From positions 1,024,001-1,088,000 of the forward strand of contig OZ244561.1 in NCBI GenBank assembly GCA_965217585.1: 64,000 bases of DNA, read 5' to 3'. Made by a program: the position numbers and the translations under genes. Below the pieces are notes generated by a model that saw only the letters and a list, made by a program, of their open reading frames with translations, was not told where the DNA came from and made no database searches. The DNA comes from Candidatus Latescibacterota bacterium. Its GTDB lineage: Bacteria; Latescibacterota; UBA2968; UBA8231. Shown piece after piece: positions 46,685 to 57,022 of this stretch (its first letter is position 1; each line of letters opens with the position of its first letter).

Positions 46685-48859
46685 TCACCTCTCAATTGGG
46701 CTAAGCGTGAGATACTGGTCGAACCACCTGAGCACGCTCTCGTAGTAGTCCCTAGTATCAGCGGCAGACCATGTCATGATGTGTGATTCGCGCTGGTACT
46801 CTCTCATTTCTACGCGCTTGCCCAACCGCCTCAACGCCAAGAAGGTCTCACGGGCGCTCATGGCGGCGGGTTCGTCCTTGCTTCCGCACACAAGCATCAG
46901 CGGCGTCTCAACCTGGTCGAGGAGGAAAAACGGTGAGTTCTCGATGTAGCGCTCTCGTTTTTCCCAGGGTGTGCCTCCGGTGCGTCCCCCGGGGAATTCG
47001 CACCAGCGCATGGCATTGAAATTCGCAACATAGGTGCTCGTCATGTTGACTCCCGTAGGGGCATTAGCGACACCAGCGCGAAAGGCGTTGGTTTGGGTGA
47101 GAAGTGCCACTACGGCGTACCCACCATAGCTGTGGCCTCGCACGCCGACTCGCTCTGAGTCAGCAAGACCCATCTCTACTGCTCGCTGAACGGCAGGGAG
47201 CGTTACCCCCGCAATCTGGGCGATCGGGTCATGGTCCTCTATGATGGCATCTGGGTACATCGCTGCGTAGCCTGCGCCGGTGAGCAATTCGATCTCCAGG
47301 TCGTATAGGTCGAGTCCGGGTACGTGGCGCTCCGAGTTCGTCCTACCTGGATAGACGGTCACAACCATTGGTAGTGCGCCCCTGTCTTCTGCTCCTAGTG
47401 GTGTAAAGATCGCTGCCCTCTGCGTTCGACCATTCACATCTTCAAACTCGATGATCCGCCGCGAGGGAGCCTCCGTCTCCTTGCGCCAGGGGTTCAGTGT
47501 GAGCAGCGTCTTTGGCGTTCCTCCATCCATCGGGTATGCGTCAACCACCTCATCACCGGTCGCAACGCCACGGAGAAAAAAGAGCTCGCGGGTCGCTGCG
47601 GTCGTGAATTCGTTCGCAGCCGGAAGCGGCAGTGCTCGGACGGCCGTTGTTTTTCCAGAATCAGCATTGATACGGACGACACAGGAAGAGTCATCCCGAC
47701 CGTTGCGAGCGCGTCCATATAAATCGCCCCGATCATCCGTTTGCAGAACGGATTCGCCGTGGCGTTGTACGAGGAGATCGACATGGAGTTGGGTAGCGTT
47801 TGGATCTTCGGAGAGGCGATAACCAGTTCTCTCGTCAACAGAGAAAGCGTGCAGTGCGCCATCTTGCAGCCAGACGAGGCGCTTGCCGTCGGCGCTCCAC
47901 CAAGGTGCCTGATAGGGATGCGGAGCAGACTCCAATTCTGCCAGCATAGTAGGCTCCGCCGAGGCGTCCGCCGGGGCGACCCAGAGATGGTGCGGTTCTT
48001 TCGCGGCTCCCGTGACAAAGCAGATCATCTCACTGTCCGGCGACCATGAGAGACAGCTTGCATAGCTGTTGACCTGGACGTCTTCCGCGACGACATGGGG
48101 TTCGAGCCCATCGACCGGTACCACTAAGAGGTCGTGGACGTAGTGCGAGCGACCACCTACAGGGCTCTTGATATAGTTGAGCAGTGCCACTGCTCGCCCG
48201 TTCGGGGCTAAACGAGGAATGTTGAACTTCAAACCAGACCCGTACCGAGCAATAGCACCAGACTTCACATCCACAACACCCACACACATGTCTGCGTCTC
48301 GCCGTTGAAAGAATGGTTGGTTCTGATCGGCATCCAATTCTTTCGGGTCATAGGAGCGAACGATGACTTCGGGGTCCGTGGGGGATACTATCGCTTGGGT
48401 ATCCGCAGGGACGAGCGCCACTACAATGCGGAGGCCATCCGGTGTCCACTGGGGAACGCAGAAGTTCAGACCACAGTGGACGGCAGCGTCCCGGAACAGG
48501 CGCACTTCGCGTGTCCGTCGGTCCCACAAGCCGACACAGGCTTGGGTCTGAGAAGCAACCACGAATGCGGCGAGGGTCTGTCCGTCTGGCGACCACCTAC
48601 CCGCCCAACTCATAGGTGCGTCGGGAAACGGAACTATTGATTCGCCAGTCGCCGTGTCGAGCAGGAGGAGGTGGGCACCATTCGCTTCAAAATGGACGCC
48701 GTGGATCGTGCGGGAACTGCTCCCATCGCCGAGCGGTTCGCGTCGGTTCGCCTCGCTCAGCGTGACCGCGAGCAACTCTCCATCGGGAGAGAGATCCCAT
48801 GGGCAGCGATGGGCAAACTGATTGAGCTTCAGCAAGTCGTCCACGGTGAATGGTCGCAT
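46685..48859 (-). CDS. S9 (prolyl oligopeptidase-like) peptidase with beta-propeller
   Basis: Repeated WSPD motifs, GHSYGG nucleophile, ENSP...VETP.ML..G.KD and ESH. Start at the ATG at 48859 after AGGAG. Confidence 0.88.
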   Translation of the reverse strand: MRPFTVDDLLKLNQFAHRCPWDLSPDGELLAVTLSEANRREPLGDGSSSRTIHGVHFEANGAHLLLLDTATGESIVPFPDAPMSWAGRWSPDGQTLAAFVVASQTQACVGLWDRRTREVRLFRDAAVHCGLNFCVPQWTPDGLRIVVALVPADTQAIVSPTDPEVIVRSYDPKELDADQNQPFFQRRDADMCVGVVDVKSGAIARYGSGLKFNIPRLAPNGRAVALLNYIKSPVGGRSHYVHDLLVVPVDGLEPHVVAEDVQVNSYASCLSWSPDSEMICFVTGAAKEPHHLWVAPADASAEPTMLAELESAPHPYQAPWWSADGKRLVWLQDGALHAFSVDERTGYRLSEDPNATQLHVDLLVQRHGESVLQTDDRGDLYGRARNGRDDSSCVVRINADSGKTTAVRALPLPAANEFTTAATRELFFLRGVATGDEVVDAYPMDGGTPKTLLTLNPWRKETEAPSRRIIEFEDVNGRTQRAAIFTPLGAEDRGALPMVVTVYPGRTNSERHVPGLDLYDLEIELLTGAGYAAMYPDAIIEDHDPIAQIAGVTLPAVQRAVEMGLADSERVGVRGHSYGGYAVVALLTQTNAFRAGVANAPTGVNMTSTYVANFNAMRWCEFPGGRTGGTPWEKRERYIENSPFFLLDQVETPLMLVCGSKDEPAAMSARETFLALRRLGKRVEMREYQRESHIMTWSAADTRDYYESVLRWFDQYLTLSPIER

Positions 48860-48914
48860 GGCATCACATCTCCTAGTTTGATGTCGCGTAAGATCGGGCG
48901 GATGTGATAAGATA

Positions 48915-49004
48915 AGGAGACTTGACAAATTGTCAATAAGTATTTATTTATAAATGACTTACGTACATATACCCCTTGACAAAATCAAAGACAATCAGTA
49001 TTTT
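48915..49004. promoter_or_regulatory. AT-rich region with divergent sigma70-like promoters
   Basis: Palindrome TTGACAA-A-TTGTCAA (48922-48936) and a plus-strand TTGACA-N17-TATTTT (48976-49004). Confidence 0.55.
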
Positions 49005-49026
49005 ATTTATAGTAATTACAACGACG

Positions 49027-49063
49027 AAGGGGGGTTCCGATTCGGTCGGTAACCCCCCTTTTT
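49027..49063 (+). terminator. intrinsic terminator hairpin
   Basis: AAGGGGGGTTCCGA-TTCGG-TCGGTAACCCCCC followed by TTTTT. Confidence 0.7.
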
Positions 49064-49095
49064 GCGGCCTAAAAAAGATTATATAACTCTTGGGT

Positions 49096-50268
49096 TCAAC
49101 GCTGCTGCAAAGGTACGTCGCAGTGAGGTGCCCCATCTGACAGCCTCGGCACCTGCACTTTCCCCGCAATCAGTTCGTCCATCAACTCGTCAAAAGCAGC
49201 GCGGTCCACCGGAAAGGTGACCACCTGCCGTCGCAGCCCCGCCAGCAGGATCCCGCAGATCAGCTCCGTCGTCACGCGGGCACTGGCACCGTCCGTGATC
49301 GGCGTCCCACCGTCGAGGGCCGCAGTCGCGAAGCTGTCGAACAGGGTCGGCGAATCGGCTTCGGCACAATCGACGTCTTCCCAGCTTAGGTCGAGCCGTC
49401 CCACGGGCTGTGCGCCGCCAGCGATCATGGCCGCGAGAGGGCGCTCGTAGCGGACGAGGCGGAACAGGTCGGGCGCGCCGGGGACGTTGGCGTTGCGCTC
49501 GTCCTGAAACAGAATGCTGCCGCGCTCACCGGCGATCTGCCGGTAGTTGAGGCAGCGGTCCCAGGTGCTAAACTGCAAGCTGGCGATTACCCCCGAGTGG
49601 AAGCGCACCGTGGCAATGGCCGTGTCCTCCACCTCGTGCCGATGTCCGCGATTGCCGACGACGGCAGTGACCTCGGCGGGCGGACCGAACAGCCAGCAGA
49701 TTAGGTCAATGTCATGGCTCGCTTGGTTCAGTAGGACGCCACCGCCGGCGTGCTCCCAAGTGCAGCGCCAGCGATCGCGGGTGTAGTAAGCCTCCGCCCG
49801 GAGTTCCAGCCACTGCCAGACGACGCGCTGCACATCGCCAATGACACCCGAATCCACTAGCTGCTTCAGTCGCAGATTGCCGCGGTAGGTGCGGTACTGA
49901 TGCCCAACGGCGAGGATGCGTCCGGCCTGAGCCGCCGTGGCGACGAGGCGATCCGCGTCGGAGACCCTAGTTGCAATCGGTTTCTCCACGTACACATGGA
50001 GACCGCGCTCGAGGGCGGCTAGGGCCATGGGGGCGTGCAGGTGATGAGGCGTAGCTAGGACGACCGCGTCGAGATCGGTCTCGCTGGCGAGCAGCGCGTC
50101 GAAGCCGGTATAGGCGCGGGCGCTCGTGTCACCTACGGCGGCGCACGCCGCAGCTTCGTCGAGATCGGCGACCGCGACTAGGTCAGTCCGCGCATGTTCG
50201 CGGATGGATTGCAGATGGCCGCGGCCGACGCCTTTGACGCCGACAACGGCAGTGCGAAGTTGGCTCAT
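49096..50268 (-). CDS. Gfo/Idh/MocA family oxidoreductase
   Basis: TAVVGVKGVG, LATPHHLH, HVYVEKP, GGGVLLNQASHDID. Confidence 0.92.
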   Translation of the reverse strand: MSQLRTAVVGVKGVGRGHLQSIREHARTDLVAVADLDEAAACAAVGDTSARAYTGFDALLASETDLDAVVLATPHHLHAPMALAALERGLHVYVEKPIATRVSDADRLVATAAQAGRILAVGHQYRTYRGNLRLKQLVDSGVIGDVQRVVWQWLELRAEAYYTRDRWRCTWEHAGGGVLLNQASHDIDLICWLFGPPAEVTAVVGNRGHRHEVEDTAIATVRFHSGVIASLQFSTWDRCLNYRQIAGERGSILFQDERNANVPGAPDLFRLVRYERPLAAMIAGGAQPVGRLDLSWEDVDCAEADSPTLFDSFATAALDGGTPITDGASARVTTELICGILLAGLRRQVVTFPVDRAAFDELMDELIAGKVQVPRLSDGAPHCDVPLQQR

Positions 50269-50402
50269 ATCGGGACCTCGATTGATTGAGTAGTGTTGAC
50301 GCAGTGCGATTCCCTATAGATAGGAATTTGCGGATTGGTGCATATTGCGTATCCAATTCCCTCAAAATACTGGTCTCTGCCTGTACATCAATCGAGAGAG
50401 TC

Positions 50403-52385
50403 CTATATCTGGGTGAGGAAACTATCCGTGTGCCCGGTTATATAATCGATGACCAGCCAGATGGCAGCCGCGACGATTTCCCCCGCGATCAGCCCCGTGA
50501 AGAACGGGCGGGCACCTCGGTACAGTTTAGGCCCTCCATATTTCAGCAGCAGCAACTTGATCAGCCAAGCGAGATACGCGCTGAAGGCGATGTGGGCCGT
50601 CTTCCAGTTGGCGCTGATCATATAACCTACTGGACTAAGGGGCCACCAGAGCAAGTGTTGCCGGGCCCACATCAACAGCGCCATCGCGGTGCCGCCAATG
50701 CCCATGAAGATCCAGGCCTCGGCAAGAGGGCCAGTAGGTTCGCCAGCTATGCGCGGAGCCATATTCGCAGGTCCAGCCCTCGCCGCTCCCCAGCCGTACC
50801 AGAGTGGATTGAGGTTGATTCCCCCGTATTTATACGACAGGTGCAAAGTCATATAAGTCGATGCGGCCAGACTGACCAGAATAGCAGTGATTACAACCCA
50901 GAAAAGACGCCGTTTCGAGCCTTTGAAAGCCTGACTTATCTTCAACCCGTTGGCCACCGAAGACATCACAAAAGAGCGGATCTCGGCATGCCATCCGTAG
51001 GTGAACCCCAAAGCCACTAAGCCTTCGGCTCCCAAAGAGGAAGTGCCCGCCCCGGCAATGAGAAAGCTAGCCGTGGTGATCGGTGGCCGCATTGCCGGTA
51101 GACCGCCTTCGGCCACGGCGCGAGTCAGGCCCAGATAAAGCACCATGGCACCGAGGGTGAATATCAGTGCCATCAGGAGCGGGAGACCGCTCATCCACAA
51201 CCCCATAACGATCAGGGATAGCGAGATAAGCAAACCGAAAAAGGCCTGCCGGTAGGATAGCATCTCGGCCGAATCGTCCGTCTCGAAATTCCGTCGGCAA
51301 GCCTTGTTGACTACTTCTCGCAAATGCCTGCGGGCAACCCAGAGCCCGACCCCCACGAAGACGATCATGGCCCCCATTCCCTGATGAGCGGAAAAAGGGT
51401 CGGGCGCGTATTCGTCCAACCGGTGCGTACTCTGCAGACCGATCATGCTGAAGATGCCGCGTTGAATTGTGGTGAGGGTATAGAAGACCCAGATGGAGGC
51501 GGAGATATCGAGATTGACGAAGTAGAAGAAGCCGATCCAGGGCGGGTTGAGCCAGAACTCCATGGCAACCTCGTTGCGGAACAGAAGGAGTCTGGCATGG
51601 CGTTCGACTTCTGGAAAAAAGGGGAAATGAGCATGCAGGCCATTGACGCTTAGCAGAATGAATGAGAAGGCGAAACCCATCCACATGATCCTATTGGCGA
51701 AAAAGGGCCTGCCGACGATTCCGCCCTTCTCCTGTTGGATCATCTCCATCGGCACCTGTGCCAGCGGATACACCAGCCTCTCCCGGTCCATCCATTGCTT
51801 GCGGAGAATCACCATACTGAAAATCATGGCCGCGCAGAGCACTAGGAAAAAGCCATACCAACAGGCCAGCGGGTAGATCCAGGGCACCCAGGGAGTCGAG
51901 GCACCCTGGGGCAGTCCTTCAAAGAAGAACCGCACGACGTTTTCGCCTTGCGGGATCATCCATGCGGAGATGTATTGATTGTAGGACTCGTCCCAGCCGT
52001 TTTCCGGCGTGGCGTAATAAGTGGAACCCACCAAGCAGGGAATCATGAACTGCGTGAACCCCATGCCGGGAATACAGCAGGCTATTATCAGCATGATGTA
52101 AATGGTGATCTGTTCGGCCTGGGTCAGGGCTAGAGGTCTGCGAATAAGGGCTACCAGCCCGTTGGCTAGGACCAGAAAAAAAAAGAAGAACAGTGCCGCC
52201 GGCGTACTGAAGTTCAGAGTGAGGTACGACCCGCGGATCATGGTGGTGGCGTAGACGTCCAGAAAATTGAGGAAAAAGGAGAGCACCGCCCCGATCAAGA
52301 TGCTCCGCAGCGTGATGCCGCTCGCCCCGGATGCGGTCCCAGCTTGGAGAGGACTTGTGTTTTCTTTTTGTCGAGCCTCAGTCAT
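50403..52385 (-). CDS. DUF6785/DUF6784-like polytopic membrane protein
   Basis: YYATPENGW, FFEGLP, RKQWMDRERLVYPLAQVP, EMLSYR, WWPLSPVG and KYGG..LYR..RPFF motifs. Confidence 0.75.
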   Translation of the reverse strand: MTEARQKENTSPLQAGTASGASGITLRSILIGAVLSFFLNFLDVYATTMIRGSYLTLNFSTPAALFFFFFLVLANGLVALIRRPLALTQAEQITIYIMLIIACCIPGMGFTQFMIPCLVGSTYYATPENGWDESYNQYISAWMIPQGENVVRFFFEGLPQGASTPWVPWIYPLACWYGFFLVLCAAMIFSMVILRKQWMDRERLVYPLAQVPMEMIQQEKGGIVGRPFFANRIMWMGFAFSFILLSVNGLHAHFPFFPEVERHARLLLFRNEVAMEFWLNPPWIGFFYFVNLDISASIWVFYTLTTIQRGIFSMIGLQSTHRLDEYAPDPFSAHQGMGAMIVFVGVGLWVARRHLREVVNKACRRNFETDDSAEMLSYRQAFFGLLISLSLIVMGLWMSGLPLLMALIFTLGAMVLYLGLTRAVAEGGLPAMRPPITTASFLIAGAGTSSLGAEGLVALGFTYGWHAEIRSFVMSSVANGLKISQAFKGSKRRLFWVVITAILVSLAASTYMTLHLSYKYGGINLNPLWYGWGAARAGPANMAPRIAGEPTGPLAEAWIFMGIGGTAMALLMWARQHLLWWPLSPVGYMISANWKTAHIAFSAYLAWLIKLLLLKYGGPKLYRGARPFFTGLIAGEIVAAAIWLVIDYITGHTDSFLTQI

Positions 52386-52460
52386 CTATCTTTTTCTTAC
52401 AGATGTCGACCATTAATGGGGGGGGCCGAGCCCGAGGGGCAGACGGAAGGAAGAAGCCGC

Positions 52461-55025
52461 TCAATAGGCCAGGGAGATCAGTTTGGTCGCGATCGACTGG
52501 CCGAAGTCCTCGGCGTCCACCTCCATACCAACGCGACAAATGTACAGACCAGGCGGTGCGAGCTGACCACTGTCGTCGCGGCCGTCCCAGACCAGACGCT
52601 GAAGACCTGCAGCGTGCGCTGCGGGGTTTTCGAGTCGCCGCAGCAGGCGGCCCGACAGGCTGTACACCTCCAGCAGCATGACCTTTTGCCCCTGTATTTT
52701 GAATACCGGAAAGGCGAACTCCGCCACATCGTTGATGCCGTCTCCGTTCGGGGTGAAGGGATTCGGCACCACTTCTATCTCGCCTATCAGACTGCCGGCG
52801 GCCGGGCCCTGAACCGTCATCCCACCGCCCTCCACCAAGGTGGTTGCATCGCCGGCATCCACGCGTTGCCATATTCTTTCCCCCTCCTCCTCTCCCATTC
52901 CCACCAGGGCGATAAATTCATGGCTCACCAGATAGAGTACGCTTGCGAAACGCAATTCTACCAGTTGCTGGGACTCTTGCACTGGCTCGGGAAGCCGGAT
53001 CCACAAGGAGTCGGCTCCAGTTTCGAACCGTTCCAACTCGTCCGGGCCATACAATTTCCCCCCGCCCTCCGCCAGTTCGCTCTCCGACCCCACCCGCGCA
53101 TCCACCAACTCCGCCTCAATACCCGGAGGAAGTTCTACTAGCACTAGGTCGAATCCCTGGTGATTGTTCCCGAGTAGGGGCTTGAGGAAAAGGGATAGGA
53201 CTTCCCTCTGTCCGCTCTGTCGAGTTCTGCGCGGCCCAACCTCGCCTATGATCTGACTGGCCAAGGGATCTTCGAGGAAGATGCGCAGGTTGTGCAGCTG
53301 CGCCGCCCGCTCCGGGTCGTCGGAGAGTAAGGTGGCCTGGATCATCGCGTGGCTCCGGGGGCTGGGTGAGGTAATGGCCGCACCTGGCTCCAGATAGGGC
53401 GAACTCCAGTTGCTCCAGTCTTCTCCAGGAATAAAGGTAATCAGCGAATCCCCTCGCAGAAAACTCAGCGTTTTGTAGTATGTTTTCCTGTCCACCGGAA
53501 GCCCAGCCGAGGTGAAGTACTCGATCTTCTTGTCGATCTTGTCCCCGGTCCGGGTGCGGATCATCACCTCGGTTTTAGGGGGGGTGTCCGCCTCCCAGGC
53601 GATGCTGGAGAGAATGCGGGGATTCTGTCCCAACTCGATTATGTCCGAGGTCAGCGATACTCGGGGAATAAATCCGCGGCCATAGAGCTGGATCTCCCGT
53701 ATCTTGCTGCTAATCCACCTGGAGATGAGCAGGCGGTACGCGATTTTCACATAGCGCGCCCTAGTGAGGGGGAAGAGGTTGTCCTGGTAAAATCTCTTCC
53801 CCACCGCCGGATCCTGGGTCCCGTCTTGGCCTCGGGCGGCCAACTGCACGTAGACAAAACTGCCGTCCGGTGCTCGGGAGCCGTCCGATAAACTTATTAT
53901 GTGGTTGGGCAGCGTGGCATTGGATGATCCGTCGTTGCCCGCTTCTACGGCGAAGACGAAAAAGACCCGATTTATCCAGTACCAAGTACCCAGGTCGAAG
54001 AGAATCTCCCGGTCGATGACATCGACGACTGCGTTGCCACCGCCTACTGCCACCTGTACGTCCCAAAAAGATCTGTAGTCGCCGTCAATTGTGCGGAATT
54101 CGTTTCCCGAGTTGCCGAACCCGACCATCCGGCCGCCCCGGGCCACAGCGCCCAGACTGATGTTGTCGCCGGCGCTCCACACCTCGATCTCGGCCAGCCG
54201 CGGACGTTCCCGGCGATAGTACTTGATCGGACCGCGCTCCTCTGGGTCGGCAATGGCTTGGTACGCGTCCGGATCCACCTCGCGCAAGACGTCGGCGGCC
54301 TCACGGCGAAAGTAGAGAATATCGCCCCGATCCTCCTCGGGCAGGCTGTTCCAGCGCGCCTCGCTGATTTCTCCGGCCTGGCCTCCATCGCTGGCCGTGG
54401 CCACGATCTGGACGAATTGGATCAGATCCCCGAGCAGAGCTGGATCGGCCCTCAGGGACGGCTGTAGATCGAATTCGAAGACGCGCTGCGTCTTGTTGAG
54501 ACCTTCGCTGCGACCGACGAGGACGTAATTCAGCGCTTCGCTCTGCTGAAAGGCGGACAGGCCGTTTGAGGTGAGTAGATTGAATTGCAACAAGGGATCG
54601 CCGACCTCTTCGCCGACGAATTTAACCACTATTTTCTGCACCCATACCGTCCTGCCCAAGTCGATCTCGACCCACCATTTTTTTAGGGGAGTATTCGCGG
54701 CCGGTTCCCAGTAGGTATCGTCCTGCCCGTCTATGAGGTTGCCGGCCAGATCCAGGTTTGTTCCCGCGTCCCGGATGCCCCCTCTCAGCCCCTCCCCATA
54801 GGTGAAGGAGTCGGCATTCAGGGCCACATTGGTCCGCGCTTGGACGTATTGCGGCCGGGGCCCTGCGACGCCAAATTCCACCGCGCCATTGGGAAAGCTC
54901 CAGTCCCTCCAGTTCGTCTCGTCGACTACCAGTTCATCCCCTACAAAGCGGAAACCCTGGGCTCCTCCCCCTGACGCGAGCAGCAAAATACAGCCGATAA
55001 CCCGCAATTGGTCAGCGCCGCACAT
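52461..55025 (-). CDS. secreted protein with discoidin-like domains and FlgD-Ig / 'PNPFTPNGDGIND' C-terminal domain
   Basis: Signal peptide; EIDLGR, FDLG, EIQLYGRGF, WSNWSSPY, SPSPR, PNPFTPNGDGIND, WDGRDDSGQLAPPGLY. Confidence 0.8.
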   Translation of the reverse strand: MCGADQLRVIGCILLLASGGGAQGFRFVGDELVVDETNWRDWSFPNGAVEFGVAGPRPQYVQARTNVALNADSFTYGEGLRGGIRDAGTNLDLAGNLIDGQDDTYWEPAANTPLKKWWVEIDLGRTVWVQKIVVKFVGEEVGDPLLQFNLLTSNGLSAFQQSEALNYVLVGRSEGLNKTQRVFEFDLQPSLRADPALLGDLIQFVQIVATASDGGQAGEISEARWNSLPEEDRGDILYFRREAADVLREVDPDAYQAIADPEERGPIKYYRRERPRLAEIEVWSAGDNISLGAVARGGRMVGFGNSGNEFRTIDGDYRSFWDVQVAVGGGNAVVDVIDREILFDLGTWYWINRVFFVFAVEAGNDGSSNATLPNHIISLSDGSRAPDGSFVYVQLAARGQDGTQDPAVGKRFYQDNLFPLTRARYVKIAYRLLISRWISSKIREIQLYGRGFIPRVSLTSDIIELGQNPRILSSIAWEADTPPKTEVMIRTRTGDKIDKKIEYFTSAGLPVDRKTYYKTLSFLRGDSLITFIPGEDWSNWSSPYLEPGAAITSPSPRSHAMIQATLLSDDPERAAQLHNLRIFLEDPLASQIIGEVGPRRTRQSGQREVLSLFLKPLLGNNHQGFDLVLVELPPGIEAELVDARVGSESELAEGGGKLYGPDELERFETGADSLWIRLPEPVQESQQLVELRFASVLYLVSHEFIALVGMGEEEGERIWQRVDAGDATTLVEGGGMTVQGPAAGSLIGEIEVVPNPFTPNGDGINDVAEFAFPVFKIQGQKVMLLEVYSLSGRLLRRLENPAAHAAGLQRLVWDGRDDSGQLAPPGLYICRVGMEVDAEDFGQSIATKLISLAY

Positions 55026-55103
55026 GGTACTCTTCCTTTGTCGTTTCCGAAGCTGTCTTAAAAATTCCGATGGTCCCAGAACGCGGGGATTTAAGCCAGC
55101 TGC

Positions 55104-56984
55104 TCAATAGACCACCGCGATAGTCCCCACTTCCCGATCCACGCCTTTTTCTGCCTCCACTGAGATTCGATAGACGTACAATCCCGGTGGCACCAGTTGC
55201 CCGTCGACGTCCATCCCATCCCAGGTAAAGCTGAATCTTCCACTCTGCTGGGAGCCCTCGTGGACCACCCTTATCAGTTGGCCGGACAGGTCGAAAATCA
55301 GCAGTTTGAGAGGAGCAACGCCTGTCAGCTGCAGCAGGTTGAATGAAAACCCGACTGTCTCGTTTATGCCGTCTCCATTGGGTGTGAAGGACGCCGGTTC
55401 CACCTGTAGATCCGCCAGCAGTCGCTTGAGAAAGGTCGTGCGCACGGATAGGGTTTCGCTCCGCAGTTCCCTGGCGGCATCTCCCGGGTTGATTCGCTGT
55501 GCCAGTTCCAGGGGGCGCGAGGTGTCCCGCACCCAGCCGGCGAATTCGGTGCTGTAGCGTAGTACGGGCGCGCGGAATAGCACCTCGACCAAGGTCCCGG
55601 ATTTCCCCGCTTCGAGGCGGTCCGACAGTTGGACGGCGAAAAAGGTCGAATCCAGAAGGTCGATATGCTGGGTGAACTCCACTGGAACCCCGCCGACCTT
55701 CACGGAATCGACGGCCACCAGTCCGAAGGGGGCCGATATTTCTATGCGGTCGAAACCCGAGTGCTCGGTCCGGATGGTGGGCTGAATGGCATAGGTGAGC
55801 CGGGCCGTCTGTCCCAGAGGCACCTCGGGAGGATAAATTTCCCCGCGCACGTCTTCGGCCAGCGGCGGTTTGGTGGCGCTCAATTCGACGAACTCCAGCT
55901 CTCCGCCGTCCCCGGCCGTGGGCGAGAAATCGACCCTCAACTGAACAACCGAATTGGGGCCCGGAGAGAGAAAGGGTGTGCCACTGCTGTCGGCAAAAGC
56001 GTAGGGCGGTGACCAGAAACTCCAGTTCTCAGTATCATAGGTAATTTCAGCGGCCTCGCCGGGCTTCAGGCGGCGGTAGGCGTTCGCGTCCAAGGGATTG
56101 CCGTTCCTGTCGAAGCGGGCAGTTTCGCTGCCCCGCCCGGTAAACCGCCAGTACACATTTGGATCTAGGTCTTTGCCGGTCCGCGACTGTATCCAGACCC
56201 TGGCCTGGGGATCGCTGCGCCCCCCCCATTTCAAATCGCCCCAGATCGCCGGTTCTTCCAAGTCGATGAACTCTCCCACATAGAAGGCTTGGTCGATGTA
56301 CCCCTCCCCGTAGACCTCAATTTCCGCCATCTTCACTTCTTTGGCCAGATCCGTTCGGGTGAATACCATGTACACGCTCCTGGCCAGCGTCGAGGGAAAC
56401 CCCACGTCAATTGTATCCTGCACATTTTCGGTCAATCTGAGGATCACATTGCCGCTCACCGCATTCAAAACCTCAAGGCTCGGTGCCGGGGTTGGGTAGG
56501 TAGCGATATCCAGTCTGTCCGGATAATGGCCGCTGCCAAAGGTGAAAATCCGCACCCGGTCTATGTGGAACAGACCGCCTAGATCCAAGGCGACCGGTAT
56601 GGTCCGGCCGCCCCAGGGACCAGCGGGCACCCAATTGTAGAAGGTGCCGGGGTCGCCGTCCGTTATCTTGCGAGTGTCGTCGGACACTCCAAAACCGGCG
56701 TACACCGCAGCGGAGGTATGAGCCCCACCACCCCGCGCCAAGCTGGTGCGCGCGATATTCTCCCCCGCGTTCATGAAAAGGGGCCGCAGAATCCCCCGGG
56801 CCAGGGCCTCTTCGTCGAGGCCCTGCTGTTCCGTGAAATCGCTCCACTGCAGCTGGTGGTAATTCACCTCGGGTAGGTCCACGCGGGGTTTGTCTGCTCC
56901 ACCTATGCGGTAGACCTCCAAGGCCTCGACCCATCCCGCGGCCAGTACCAGCACCGCCAGCAGGGTCGCGATACTCGTTCTCAT
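55104..56984 (-). CDS. secreted FlgD-Ig-tailed paralog
   Basis: Signal peptide (start 56984); LDLGG, EIEVYGEGY, WSFWSPPY, FTPNGDGINE, WDGMDVDGQLVPPGLY. Confidence 0.8.
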   Translation of the reverse strand: MRTSIATLLAVLVLAAGWVEALEVYRIGGADKPRVDLPEVNYHQLQWSDFTEQQGLDEEALARGILRPLFMNAGENIARTSLARGGGAHTSAAVYAGFGVSDDTRKITDGDPGTFYNWVPAGPWGGRTIPVALDLGGLFHIDRVRIFTFGSGHYPDRLDIATYPTPAPSLEVLNAVSGNVILRLTENVQDTIDVGFPSTLARSVYMVFTRTDLAKEVKMAEIEVYGEGYIDQAFYVGEFIDLEEPAIWGDLKWGGRSDPQARVWIQSRTGKDLDPNVYWRFTGRGSETARFDRNGNPLDANAYRRLKPGEAAEITYDTENWSFWSPPYAFADSSGTPFLSPGPNSVVQLRVDFSPTAGDGGELEFVELSATKPPLAEDVRGEIYPPEVPLGQTARLTYAIQPTIRTEHSGFDRIEISAPFGLVAVDSVKVGGVPVEFTQHIDLLDSTFFAVQLSDRLEAGKSGTLVEVLFRAPVLRYSTEFAGWVRDTSRPLELAQRINPGDAARELRSETLSVRTTFLKRLLADLQVEPASFTPNGDGINETVGFSFNLLQLTGVAPLKLLIFDLSGQLIRVVHEGSQQSGRFSFTWDGMDVDGQLVPPGLYVYRISVEAEKGVDREVGTIAVVY

Positions 56985-57022
56985 AATTGTCAACTCTGGT
57001 TTTGCAACGGCTCCAAGCCGCC

